Shown here: positions 12,115-25,256 of the stretch, piece after piece
How the letters are laid out: each line of letters starts with the position of its first letter
Position numbering within the stretch: the stretch's first letter is position 1
From: Blepharisma stoltei ATCC 30299
Lineage: Eukaryota > Protista > Ciliophora
Assembly: GCA_965603825.1 (NCBI GenBank)
Contig: CBFDEM010000033.1
Coordinates: 1-64,000, forward strand
Direction: 5' to 3'
Length of the DNA stretch: 64,000 bases
Notes under the pieces: generated by a model
The model's input: the letters and a program-made list of their open reading frames with translations, nothing else
Told to the model about the DNA's origin: nothing
The model's database searches: none
Made by a program: the position numbers and the translations under genes

Positions 12115-15100
12115 TTAATGAATCTGATCTTTGATTTTTCTGAAGAGTGAATCTTTTTGCAGCAACTCCTCAGGGTTCCCTATTTCTGCAGCAATTCCAT
12201 CTTGCATCACAATAATAAAGTCGTTTTCCATAACTGTTATGAGTCTGTGGGCGATAGTGAGAATAGTGCAGCCGAAAATCTTTCCTTTTATTAAATTCTG
12301 GATTTCATGATCACTCTCTTGATCAACTCCAGCAGTTGCTTCGTCAAATAAAATAACTTTTGTATTGGCAAGCATGGCTCTCGCTATACTGATGAGCTGT
12401 TTTTCTCCAGCTGATAAATTTGACCCACTACCTTTGATATCGTGGTCAATTGAGAATTTTGAGAGATTTACTTCTTCCAACGCCTTTTTTATTTCATCAT
12501 CTGATTTCAGTTGACACGGATCTAAATTCTTTCTTAGAGTGGAAGAAAAGACTAATGGATCTTGAGGTACTAGTGTAATTGCTGACCTCAGTTTGTCTAA
12601 CCCTATATGTGATATGTCTACGCCGTCAATAAAAATTATTCCTTTATCGATTTCAACAATTCTTAAAAGGGCAAGAAATACAGAAGACTTTCCACTTCCA
12701 GTCCGCCCTACAAATCCTATTCGTTTTGATCCTTCGATTTTAAAGTTTACTCCTTTTAAAATATATGGTGTATCAGGTCTATATTTCATGAAAACGTTTC
12801 TGAATTCAATTGATGGATTCTCTGGCCACCGAACTAAATTTTTATCTGTCGGCAACTGACTTGGCTTTTCCGCAGGAATGTTCATATACTGTTCAGCTCT
12901 TTCAACTGAGATTACTGAATTTTCCAAATATGCTCAATCAAAAATCAAATAATGCATGTCTATTGGCAAGGGAACAACATAAGCTAGACATAATCCAACA
13001 GTTGCAGCAGATAGATCGTTTCTTAGCATAATAATTGCAAAAAGCAAAATAAATATAAAGGCAGAACTCAGAAGTCCAAGATATAAGTTAATTCAGCACT
13101 CACATGCTCCTAGTCAATATAAGATTTTTGAATTTTTATTCAATAAATTATAGTTTTTAGCGTGAAAATTTTCGGTTTGTTTAAAGGCTCGAATGAGTTT
13201 AGCGCCGGATAATGTTTCAGAAAAGTGATTGAGAATTGGAGACTTTGAGATTGCCTCCAGTCTTGTCAATTCCCTTGAAGCTCCTAAGTACGCATCTTTT
13301 ATCTTTAGCGCAAAGTAAATGAATAAAGGCAATGCGAAAACTAGATATGGAATATATATGAGAGCCATTAAAATTACAGCACCGGTCTCTCCCAGCAGGA
13401 CTATTATGTAACCAATAGCATTAGGCACACTCCCATCAATCTCATCCATGTCCTTGCTTAGTCTATTTAAAATTCTCCCTATTGGTGTCACGTCATAGAA
13501 TAAATTGACTGGTGCCCTTGAGAAAGATTCTATCATTTTGTCATGAATAGCTTGAGAAGCTCGGATTCCAAGGATATAATTGAGTAAAATCGCTCTTAAA
13601 GGTATTAAAATGTCTCCTCCAATCCTTAAGCATAAATATAAAACTAGAAGTGTGAATGCATCACTAGGATTGCTGCTTCATTCTTTCAGGACTATGTCTC
13701 CAGACATTCGAGTTGCAGTTCAGAGAACTATGGATATACAAGCTAAAACTAGTATAGTGTATCCGCCTGAGAATTTAAAGTAGTCCTTATATACTTTACT
13801 GCTTACTTTTCCTGACTCTTTTTCTTCATCTTCTATCAGCTTTTTAGGTTCATGGGGAATTTCTTGGGGTTTAGAATTATCCTTCTCGATAAGTGATTCT
13901 TGAATACTCAAAGAAGCAGGCTCAGAAATTTGGCTTATTTTTCCATCTTCTAAAACAATAATACGATCCACTTTGTCTAAGATATTCAAGCGGTGAGTAA
14001 CAAGAATTCGTGTCTTGTTAGAGAGGAGATTAAGAAAACAGTTATTCATTATTGAGCTGGCTACAAAATTGTCAACAGAGCTTAGCGGATCATCAAGGAG
14101 ATAGATTTCTTTATCAGCATACACAGCTCTTGCTAAGCATACTCGAGCTTTTTGTCCCCCGCTTAAATTGATACCTTTTTCTCCTATTTCTGTTAAATCT
14201 TTATCAGGTAACGAATTTATATCTTGTGCTAGCGAGCAAGCGTCTATGACTTTTGAGTACCAGCTCTCATTATATGGCTTTCCAAATAAAATATTATTCC
14301 TCAAACTGTCGTTTTGGAGCCAAGATTCCAAAGAAGGCGCATACGCAATTTGGTCACTTACACGAATCTCCCCAGATTTGACCTTGAGCTCTCCCATAAT
14401 TGCATTGAGAAGTGATGACTTCCCGCTCCCAACTGGCCCAACAATAGCGATGAATTCATTTTTCTTTAAGTTTAGGCTAATGTCATTTAATAGCGTTTTG
14501 CCTTCACACTCAAATGAACAATTTTTGATTTCGACAGTATCGCCTTTAGGAAGTTCACTCAAGTCACTGACATCAAGGAACTTTTGCACTCTTTTTATGC
14601 TTACAAAGCATAAAATTAAGCTAGTTAGTATATAAGGAAATACTTGAAGAGAGTCCTGAAGAATGATCAAAGTCGTTAAAGTTACAAAGGTGACTCCTGG
14701 ATTTAGTGACTCTCCCATAATTTGTGTGTAGTAGATAAATACAGATGCTGCTGTTATGCTTGGAGTTGACCAGAATAAATATGATGAGGCTGAATAAGCT
14801 AAATGATACGATTTTAGAGAAGAAAGTTCTCTTTTCCTGATATCATGGATTAGATTTTTGAAGAAGTTTTCTCATACATAGGCTTTGATAATTTTGATAT
14901 TTCCTAAGAATTGAGAAGATACTTCTATCCTTTCATCTTTTATTGTCATCAATTTAGTTTGGTATTTCTCAAGCAATGAAGAGGAAAAATAGCTTAGCAC
15001 CAGACACATTAGCATGACTCCTAATCCAGCAAAAATCGCAGATCCAACTTGCAGGTAGATTAAATAAATCGATAAAACAGCTTGAACTGGGCATGAGATG

Positions 15101-15705
15101 AAGAGCCCAAGGTCGATGAATACAGAGTAAATCTTTTCTGCGTCCACCTCAAGAATGTTTACTCCAAGGCCTTCAGGGGGTTTTGAAGCTTTTAATACTT
15201 TCATATAAATAGCATTTGACAAAGAATTTTTTACTCTGATCTCAATGAGCATGTCATTAAATTTCACTTTTCCTTTTAGTATCTGATTTAGTATATTAAC
15301 AATTGAAAAGCTAGATAAAATATAGATCCCTGTCATAAGAGGCTTCTCATCAGACTCAATATAAGAAATGAGTCAATCAATAAACAACGGAGCTGATAGA
15401 TCTAGCAATGCACATACATTTCCTAGAAAAACAGATAAAAGTATCAGTTTTATATTGGAACGTATAATGGCTCAAAAAAGCTTGTGCTTTTTCAAGTTCT
15501 TGGTAAGTTCTTCGTTCTCTGCTTTTTCTCCATCTGGGAGAGGGTAAGTATCGTCTACGGTAACATCTTTCTTTTTACTTAAATCAAGGATCGATTTTAC
15601 TCATGTGAAGAAAGTCTTTGAAAAAAATCCTGGCTTTTTTGTGGAAAGCGCTGGAAAATATGTGTAAGAGCTTTGGCTTAAATTATTAAGAGGCTGAAGC
15701 TCCAT
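12115..15705 (-). CDS. ABCC/MRP-type ABC transporter, copy 2 (1196 aa), tandem paralog
   Basis: Same length and motifs as copy 1 at an offset of 4172 nt; TGA/TGG interchange at aligned Trp (ESW-Y, CW-IN). Confidence 0.93.
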
Positions 15706-16172
15706 TTTACTAATGTCATCTGACAATTATTTTGCTCCAATATGTATATTTACACAATTCATAATTTTTTAAGTTTCTTTTAAACAAAATCTTTTGTAAA
15801 ACATCCAATTTTATAGTATTTTAATATTTTAAAGCACTTTATTTATCAATCTCATAATAGCTTTATTCTCCCAATTAACTTTTTTTTAAAAATATTTTGG
15901 GATAATGCATGAAAATGAGTAATAAAACTGATATAAATAAGCAGCTATAGTATTTAATATATAGGATGGCATTTACTAAAAGTTTAATATTCCTCAGTGC
16001 TATTTTTGCTTTAATATTAAAATTTCATGTTGAATTTATATTTCGACAGATAGTAATTGCATTTGAATTATTATAAGGCGATAAATTATGAATATTAGAA
16101 ATAAAAAAAATATTTTAACTATATTATCACTTAGATGGGTAGCCTGCACATTTATAATATTTATATTCAAAA

Positions 16173-17477
16173 TTAATCTCAGTTTTTCGGAGTATCATTA
16201 TCTTTCTTAATCATTTTTCCATAATTTCATTTATTTTTTGATACACTTCCATCAGTAGAAATCGAATACCCAATCCCATGTTTTTTGCCTTTAAATCATT
16301 CTCCCTCATATTTTTTCCCATCCTTTCAAGAAAAAACTCCGAATCCGCTCATAGCTCCATCTACCCAGTCTCCTAAATATTGTCTGCCGTCCGCCCACAT
16401 ATATTTTCCAATCCCATTAATGACATTAGCTTTTCACTGTCCTATATAAATAGTCCCATCTTCTCAATTATACTTCCCCACTCCTTCTTTTAAGTTATTT
16501 TTATATCCTCCAATATATGTTGATCCATCAACCCATACGTTTCTCCCTCAGGAATTTTGCATGTCATTAGCTCACAAGCCCTCGTATCTATCTCCATTAT
16601 CCCAGATATTAAGGCCTTTGCCTTCTCTGACCTTCCCTCTAAATTCTCCATAATATTTTATATTTATATCATAAGTGTGCTCTTGGAGCTGGCTTTTGAA
16701 ATTTTCGTTAAAAACATTATTGATAAACTCTGTAGGTTGATTGAGCTCGGATTCGATTTTGTTGAAGTCGTCATAGAGGGTTTTCAATCTTTTATAGTGC
16801 TTTAGAGAGAATTTAGAAGATCTTTGCTCTGATGGCAGAGATTTTAACATTTCTTGTTTATAATACAGCCAGCCTGAATAAATATTACAGTATCCATTTT
16901 CCGATTCGGCCTGGGAGTTATTTTGGATAATCATTGGGCTTTTTCAATTGCCCTCGTAAGATTCTCCATCAAAGTGTGTGAATTTCCCATATCTAAAAGG
17001 GATACCGTAATCTCAGATCCCTTCGTAAATGCAGCCATCAGGCCAAACCATTTTTCCTTTTCCATCTCTAATTCCTCCTCGTCACTCTCCTTTATAAGTA
17101 GCTCCATTTGCATAAGTATAAAGCGACCTTTTCTTGCGCTTTGGTGAAATTGGAATATTTGATATAGTTTCTTTAGTGTAAACTTCTGAAAAGTATTCGT
17201 GATTAGGCTGAAAAAGATTTTTAAATTGTTGATATTGGTTTTTATAATAGTAACGGAGCCATGCTTTTTGGATTTTTGAAGCGTGTGTGGAAAGATCGCT
17301 TTTGGGGAATTTTATAAATAAATCTTCCTTAGGCTGTGATTCTTGCTTAGAAATGCTGTGTCGGACTTGGGGATAGTTTTGCTTTATGACCTAAATTAAA
17401 CTGACTGAAGTCTTTAAGTCGAGTTCTGACTTCCCATCAAACCCTTGACAATATTTGGTGCAGTTTATATTTCCCAT
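16173..17477 (-). CDS. MORN-repeat protein with N-terminal acylation motif (MGNINC) and IQ-like motif
   Basis: YxGxW...G.G repeats with TGA at Trp positions; ASKIQKAWLRY; introns at 17391-17405 and probably 16874-16888. Confidence 0.88.
16874..16888 (-). other. Probable 15-nt intron GTAATATTTATTCAG (no stop inside)
   Basis: Matches the consensus including A10, but is not required to keep the frame open. Confidence 0.6.
17391..17405 (-). other. 15-nt intron GTCAGTTTAATTTAG
   Basis: Removes in-frame TAG; A10. Confidence 0.85.
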
Positions 17478-17628
17478 TTTGAATATTACAAATCTCAAAT
17501 GTCATAAAAGTAAGTATCGAAATTCATGTAGGTGCAATGCCTTTCAAATGTCTAGATAATACAACAAATTTTAAATATTTTAGATAGTCAATAATTCTTA
17601 GAAGCTTAGGCTTATATGAGAGCATAAA

Positions 17629-18114
17629 TTAAAGCAAGTAAGGCCCTATTAATGAATGTCTGAGAAAAACAGCTGCTTTGTGCTTTTCCCAGTTTAAATC
17701 GCTATTTGCTACGCTCTCCAGAAAATTGTATAGATTTGGATTTTCTTCTTTATGAGATTTTGCATATTCCAGAGCCAAATTCTCAAATGGACTTTTACCA
17801 TTCTTAATCGTTGCACCTAATTTTACAAGTAGACCAACAGTTTTATTGATATTAGGATCGTTGCGCAACACAATGAATGTCAAAGGTGACCAATTAGTCG
17901 AATTTAGAATGCTTATATCAGCTCCAAACATCATTACAAGAAATTCTATCATGTCGATGTCCATCTTCAAAGCTGCAAGGTGTATTGGTCTGTTCCCGAA
18001 AGAGTCAAGAGGCTCATTTATATTTGAAGAATTTAGAAGCTGCCTCAAAGTGTCATAGTCCGACTTGCTTAACGCCAACATAATTTCTTGCTCTATAGTG
18101 GTGTCCAAGTTCAT
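17629..18114 (-). CDS. Small ankyrin-repeat protein
   Basis: GNRPIHLAA...IEFLV...GADI and NWSPL...LLVKLGA repeats; ATG to TAA. Confidence 0.85.
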   Translation of the reverse strand: MNLDTTIEQEIMLALSKSDYDTLRQLLNSSNINEPLDSFGNRPIHLAALKMDIDMIEFLVMMFGADISILNSTNWSPLTFIVLRNDPNINKTVGLLVKLGATIKNGKSPFENLALEYAKSHKEENPNLYNFLESVANSDLNWEKHKAAVFLRHSLIGPYLL

Positions 18115-18264
18115 ATTTTATCAGTTTTTTCCATACTAGTTCATAAGTTAATTGAATATATATTTCTCATTTAAACGTGCTTCCTTCAGCGCATTAACTA
18201 ATCTTTTTGAAATTAGGGGGCTCAGCTTCCATATTTTGAATTCCGGCTATAGTCTATAAATAAA

Positions 18265-21200
18265 ATGTCCAGTTTGCAAAATCCCGCTACCAAGCACGCT
18301 CAACCGGATTCCATGGCTATTTACCAAGAAGTAAACCCAGAAACTCCTCAAAAGCGCCTTCGTCCTGCTCATGCCTCTGAATCTGACCTCAAAGAAAGCC
18401 TGGAAAATCTTGACTTAAACTCCAGTATCCGATCCAAAACTCGAGCAGAGCTTGAGCAAAAGCTCTTTTCTGACGAGGCAATCCCTCGCAAACAAGCTAA
18501 AATAGCATCTGACACTGAAAGCGATGTCTCCATGGAGCCCGGAGAAATCCCAGAACACCTCGGAGAAAACTTTGACGTCGCTGCTGAGATCTTTGGACCA
18601 GCCCCAGAGCCAGGCCAAGCTGAAGCAAGAAAAATCGAATTTGAGCCTTATGACTACATCAGCCAGTATGGAACAGCAGAAGATATCATGCTAAAGCAGC
18701 TTGACATTCCGGAGCGTTTACAAATTTCCCTAAAAAACCGCGAATATCCAACTGAAGCTGAGCTGAACTTAGAAGAAGAGTGGCTCTTGCAAAGGCTTCT
18801 TCAAAAGAATCCTCATGGGATTAAAGGAGCAATCAAAGCAAAAATCCATACTTTCTTGTTACTATATAGGGTAGAAAAATATGAAATTTCTTTCATATAT
18901 AAATACAGGCTCGATGTCCTGAAGCCAGAAATAGAAACTGAAAATGACTTACTAGAGCTTTGGGCGTGGGATAAAGATTGGGGCTTCTTGTACTCAACAA
19001 AACAAAATCTGCAAAATTTACTTAATTCAGCTGCAGCTAATGGAGATGCATTATCAAAAGGAAGGCCTCTGAATGATGGTGACAAAGTTTTAGTTTCAGA
19101 AACTCCTGGGATTTTGCCTGACTGTGTAAGCGCACTGCTAAACTCTCATTCAACAAATGACTATTTGCTAGAAATAAATGACCTCGAAGCCTATATAAAA
19201 GCTTATGTATATACTCACCAAGATGGAAGTAGAATGCTGAGAAAAGCATATAACCCAGTCCAAGAGTCCAGAATGAACAAGCTCAATGAATTCGCTGCAA
19301 AAGCAGGCCTAAGTCCTTCACAGATCTCAGAGAATCTAAAACAAAACAAACAAGTCCACAAACCTCTTAAGCCAGACCTGAAGCCACAAGGTTTAGCATT
19401 CAAACTGCGCAGCCCTACCTTTTCAGAAGAAATTCAAGTCATCACAAATGCTTGCAATCTCATGCAGGCCGAACTTTCTAATTTCCCAGCATTTAGGAGC
19501 TTCATACGAGAAGAATACAAAAAGCATGTGAAAATTTATACATCGCCAACTGAGAAAGGCAAAACAGTTCTGGACGTGTTTCACCCATTCTATGGAGTCA
19601 AGAACCTCGCCAATGGTAAACCAATAGACTCTTGGTCACCTGAGCTTTGGGGTCAAGCCTTAAAATGTGAAAGCTCTGATCTAATAAAAATTGAGTTCAA
19701 ACTGCCATGGGAAGACGCCAAAGAAGACAAGATTTTCAACTTGGTTAAAGGACTCTACACAACAGTCACAACTGAAAGCGTCGAATCAGAATGGAACCAG
19801 TTCAGAACTGAAGTTTTGAAGCTCACATTTGCACAGCTCTATAAAGAGTTTGAAGACAGCTTCAAGAAACAACTGCTTTCAAAAAGTGAAGACTGGATTA
19901 TTGAACAAATTCAAAGCAAGTTTAGTGAAATGCTGAATAGGCCAAGCTACATTGTGGAAGGGTCAAATAATCCATGTGTTGTTTCTATAGTAACTGACCC
20001 TGATGTAAAATTCCTAGGCCAGACAGCTGTGGTGGCGCTCAAAAGAAATGGGGATATTATTGACATAGCTTTGCTCAACACTTTGATGGTGCGGAAACCT
20101 GAAGAATTGCATGAAACTGACAAGGCAAGATACTTAAAAGAAAGATCTCAATTCATCAACCTGCTTTTAGCCAGCAAGCCAAATGCGATCATCATTGGGG
20201 CCAACTCGCTGCAAAGCGTACAGCTAAGAAGATCTATTGGACTGCTGGCTGAAGCTTTAACTGTGGATAGCTTTAACGAAATGGAAATTGGTGTAGAAGT
20301 AGACAAAGCCCAGCTTTTCAGCAAAACCCCTCTTATCACTATGGGAGATACCAACATCGCCAAACTCTTTGCCACATCCCAAAGATCAATCAAGATGTGT
20401 GAGAATCATAAAGTTTTGACCAGGATGGCTATTTCGCTAGGAAGATCTTTGCAAAACCCTAAAGCTGAAATTCTAGGCTTATGGAACGACCCAAATGAGT
20501 TGCAGATCAAATATCTAAGTCTGCATCCTTTAGAGTCCTTAGCTAATGAGCACAAAAAGCTGGCAAGCATGGAAATTGTTGCTGTTTGCGTCTGCTCACA
20601 CTCTGGGGTTGACATTAACGAAGTCATGCATAAGCCGCATTTATATGGACTTTTGTCATTTATCCCTGGGCTAGGACCTGTGCGAGCTTACTCATTAATA
20701 GAAAGCATCAAGCATATATGTGGTGGTACTTTGACTACAAGACAAGAAATTCTTACTAAAAGAATCCTCCCTCAGAGAGTCTGCGAAAATGCTTGTGGAT
20801 TCATAAAAATCCCTTACGAGCTTGGAAAAACTAATCCATTGGACTCCACCAGAATTCACCCTGAATACTACGAGCTAGCTGCAATAGTCTCAAAAAGCGC
20901 TTTAAACGACGAGCAGGTCCCTGACGAGCTTCTAATCCACGAAATCCTTAGGTCTCCTCAGAAAATGCAAGAACTAGACCTTGATTATTACGCTCAAATG
21001 CAGGCCGAAAAAGGCTTCAAAAACATGAAAGAGACCCTAGAGTTTATCGTTTCAGAGCTCAGCTCTCCATTTGGAAACCCCAAAAAACGGTACTTTGAGC
21101 CAACTCCAGAAGAACTCTTATACATGTGCACAAATGAAACCCCCAGCACTCTTAAGCGTGGAAGTGTAGTCCAGGTTATGGTTCTTGGCTATGACGAGCG

Positions 21201-23820
21201 TCGTGAATGTTTAAGGTGTCTGCTAGAATGTGAGCTAGAAGGGATTATCGAGCAAAGGCACCTTGTAGAAGGAAGGATCCCTAATGAAGCAGACCTGAAA
21301 AAATTTGTGAAGGGTGGAAAACTCACTGCAAGAATCATTGAAGTCACAGCTAAGCTGCGGTCACAAAAAGACTTATTCTTTAAAATGAAATTAAGCTTGC
21401 TTCCAGACGACATCATAAACCACGGCAAGTTTATTAACCTCACTCTTGATGAAGCCTTTATCATAGAAGAAGGCGACTGGACTGAAAAAACAGTGATGGA
21501 GGACGAGCAGAAAACTGGCCAAAAATACGTCCCAAGGGTAATAAACCACTTGAAATATAGAAATGTTGGGATGAGGACTGCATGTGATGAGCTCTCGTCA
21601 AAAGAAATTGGAGATTTTATATTCAGACCCTCAAGTCGTGGGCAAGATCACTTAACATGCACGTGGAAATTTTATGATTATATATATGCACATCTCGATA
21701 TCATAGAAGAAGGAAAGCCATCTGCCAATATGCTGGGATCCAGATTTCGCATTGGGACTGAAGTATATGAGTCTCTGCAAGATGCTGTTGATCGCTATAT
21801 AGCACCTTGTGAAAAACTTGTAAGAGAAGCTATCACTCATCCAAAATTCAAAGAAACAAACTCAGCCAGCCTAACAGTTTTAGAAAATTTGATTTCCCAA
21901 GAAAAGACTACGAGGCCGACAACAGTTCCTTATTACTTTGCTGTGACCCCTCATTATCCTCAATATTTTGTTCTTTTATATCAAAAAACGGACCAAATTA
22001 TTAAAGAATTCATCAAGGTCAAGCCTAAAGGTCTCTTTTTCCATGAAGCCTACCATCCGAATATGGGATTTTTAATAAGCTGGTTTAAGCGCCACTGCAA
22101 TGATCTTTCTTATTTAAGCCAGCTCTCAAGATCTAAACCTCCAAACATTGATACTTCAAATGCTTTTCTCACCCAAAACAAACCTCCAGAGCAAGACGAA
22201 AACGCTCAAGTCGTGTCCCAAACTCCTGCTAGAACTCCTGGGTGGGGCAATGCAACACCTTATGATAAAACTCCGCATATTGGTGCTCAGGAATGGTCTG
22301 GCGGCAAAGACTTAACTAAAACTCCAAGAGCTGATGAGTGGGGAAGCACAAGCAATTTTGAAAGCTGGGGCGGCGAAGAAAAGAAGCAAGAAGCAAGCAA
22401 TTCTGCCCCTAAAAATTCTGGAGGATGGGGAGGAAGCTCTGGTGCAAGTCAGCCACCAGCACAAAGCTCTGGAGGCTGGGGAGGAGGAAACTCTAGTGCA
22501 AGCCAACAAAGCTCAGGAGGCTGGGGAGGAGGTGGCGAAGAAAACAAACAGAGCTCAGGCGGATGGGGTGGAAGCAGCCAAGGCGGCCAAAGTTCTGGAG
22601 CTTCATGGGGAGGATCTCAAGAAAAATCAGGCGGAAGCTGGGGAGAGTCATCTGGAGAATCTTGGGGCTCATCAGCTCCACAAGTTCCGTCCACAAATTG
22701 GGGTGGTTCTGAGGATAATGACCAGTCAGCAGACAGAGGCTCAAGAGGAGGCCGCGGAGGCAGAGGAAGAGGAAGGGGATGCTTCAAATGTGGTCAGGAA
22801 GGTCATATGTCTAAAGACTGCCCAAATCCAGGAGAAAATAAACCTAAAGGCTGCTTTAAATGTGGTCAGGAAGGCCATATGTCAAGAGAATGTCCAAATC
22901 CAGGCGAAAGCAAACCTAAAGGCTGCTTTAAGTGCGGCCAAGAAGGCCATATGTCAAGAGAATGTCCAAATCCAGGCGAAAGTAAACCTAAAGGCTGTTT
23001 CAAATGTGGCCAAGAAGGGCATATGTCAAGAGAATGCCCCAACCCAGGCGAAAGCAAACCTAAAGGCTGCTTTAAATGTGGCCAAGAAGGCCATATGTCA
23101 AGAGAATGCCCCAACCCAGGTGAAAGCAAACCTAAAGGCTGCTTTAAATGTGGACAAGAAGGCCACATGTCAAGAGACTGTCCAAATCCAGGAGAAAACA
23201 GAGGAAGAGGCAGAGGCCGAGGAAGAGGACGAAGAGAATCTGGAGATAACGACAGAGAAAACTCTAACTCAGGGTCTTCTGGCTGGGCTGACTCAGGAAG
23301 TTCTTCTGCAGGATGGGGTAGCTCAGGAGGTTCTAGTGGTGGATGGGGGGATTCTGGAAGCACTACTCAAGCAAGCTCATCTGGATGGGGAGACGCAGGA
23401 AGTTCTACACAAGCAAGCTCAGGTGGCTGGGGTGGGAGTACTGAAACTACTCAATCCTCATCCAGTTCTTGGGGTGGAAGTACAACTCAGCCTGCTTCTT
23501 CTGGAGGCTGGGGTGATTCATCAACGCCTGCACCAACTACAAGCGGAGGAGGAGGATGGGGTGGTTCATCATCGACAAGTTCGCAGCCAACTTCAAGTAC
23601 CCCTGCAAGCTCTTCATGGGGAAACCCTCCAGCAGAGCAAGCTCCAGCTTCGTCATCTTGGAATTCAGCACCAGCCCCTCAGCAGTCATCATGAAACTCA
23701 ACACCAGCTCAAAGCAATGAAAAGCCTGGTGAAAGCAATACTTCTTCTTGGGGAGCCAAACCTGCTGAAAGCTCTGGAAACTCGTGGGGAAACAGTTCAA
23801 GTGGCTCTTCATGGGGATAA
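18265..23820 (+). CDS. SPT6: Transcription elongation factor Spt6 with C-terminal WG/GW tail, RGG boxes and six CCHC zinc knuckles (1851 aa)
   Basis: Spt6 core motifs ([22 protein letters not shown] Hh[13 protein letters not shown]1, SH2 [11 protein letters not shown]). Frame continues through TGA 23692-94 to TAA 23818-20. Confidence 0.93.
22777..23190 (+). repeat. Six 72-nt coding repeats encoding [24 protein letters not shown] (CX2CX4HX4C)
   Basis: Direct inspection; units differ mainly at synonymous positions. Confidence 0.95.
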
Positions 23821-24077
23821 TAAAGATCCTTATTAAATTGAATTTTTAGCTATAAGCATTTTTAAAATAAATTTCAGTTATATGGATCAATCTGGCATCT
23901 AAAACACTTAATTTATTGCAATGGCAAATGTTTTTATTTAAATTTTAAATCACTTTATTTAAAGGTAAGCTAATGATATATATTAACTATAATGAGAATT
24001 ATTTAAAGTTTTAATTTAATAAAAATAGGCATATAAATTAAGCAATACAGATTCTAGTAGTTTTAATAAAAACATCT

Positions 24078-25013
24078 TTGAAATTAAAATTAGAAGAATG
24101 GTGGCACACTGAAGACGAAAAACTGCCTTATAACTACATACAGAGGATAGACGATTACCCTATAAAAACTCCACAAAAGAGTGAGGCAAAAATAGAAAAG
24201 CAAACCCTCAAAATTCCCAACCCTGAAATATTTACACCTAGTAAAAAATCGTTGAAAACTGAAAAAAAAGTTTCCAAAATCCCTCAAGAAACTCTAAAAG
24301 TTCAAAACAGTCTCCGAAAAGAAACATCAGTTTCCCAAAAAGAAATTTCAGTAGTTCAAAAAGAAAGTCTATTAATTCGAAAAGAAACTCCAGCACTCCC
24401 AAAAGCTATTCCAGTTGTCCGAAAAGAGACCCCAGCAGTCCAAAAAATCCACCACAAAACTCTTGAAAAAGATGGTTTTGAGTCTCCCCCAAAAGTTAAC
24501 CTAAGACGTTTTCAAATTGAACAGCCCAAGACTAGAAAAATTGCCAAAACTGAGTCTAATGAAACTGAAGAGCCCAAGACTAGAAAAATTGCCAAAACTG
24601 AGTCTAATGAAACAAAAATGAGTATTTTCTGCTCCTCAAAGTCTTGCCCTTTTGTTTCAAGTTCAATTAATGAATTAGTAGAGCACATCAAACAGGCTCA
24701 CAGCTTCACTTGTTCAATTCCTCAATGCGGATATTCAGCAAAGTGCTTATGCAAAGTGGCAGAACATGTCCAAGCAGTCCACTCAAATTACCAACCGATT
24801 TCATTAAATTCGTCTAGACTGTTAAGAAAATATCTGTTGCCAATTTCTGCGAATGTTGATATTGCAGAACAAAGAGAATACATGGATATGGAGGAAGAAG
24901 AAAAAGAGGAAGAAGAGGAAGAGTCTTACTCTCTGCTAGCAAAAATGAAAGAAGTCAAGAAAAACGATCCTTCGCTGGTCCTTTCTAACTCAACGAAAAT
25001 TAGAAAATGATAA
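24078..25013 (+). CDS. C2H2-type zinc-finger protein (5' end unresolved)
   Basis: CSSKSC...HIKQAH and CSIPQC...HVQAVH fingers; exact internal duplication with 48-nt period (PKTRKIAKTESNET x2, ~24523-24613); ends TGA-TAA; no in-frame ATG near the 5' end. Confidence 0.7.
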
Positions 25014-25256
25014 TTATAATAAGTTATTTTATTTTAATATCCGACCTAAACTGTTCTTGAAAATAATTACTCGCACTCCGATTGAAAGCGCCGAGTGTTT
25101 AAAATAATTGAGCTGAGGTGTCTGACTAGATCTTTAGCTAGATTAAAACTTTTTTTGACTGAAAGTTGCCAATTTTAGCCCTTTAGAAAAATGACAAGAC
25201 TAACTTGATTATTAATCAATAATACATATATTAGCAAGAATTATCATAATTAAAAA

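Noticed and set aside
16173-17477. In-frame TGAs as selenocysteine
   Set aside because: They occupy Trp positions of the MORN consensus, not Cys or redox sites.
22777-23190. Zinc-knuckle array as retrotransposon gag or a CRISPR-like repeat
   Set aside because: In frame with Spt6; no protease, RT, integrase, LTRs or unique spacers.
22334-23836. 500-aa alternate-frame ORF and antisense ORFs over the SPT6 tail
   Set aside because: Shadows of low-complexity and tandem-repeat coding sequence; synonymous variation fits the SPT6 frame.
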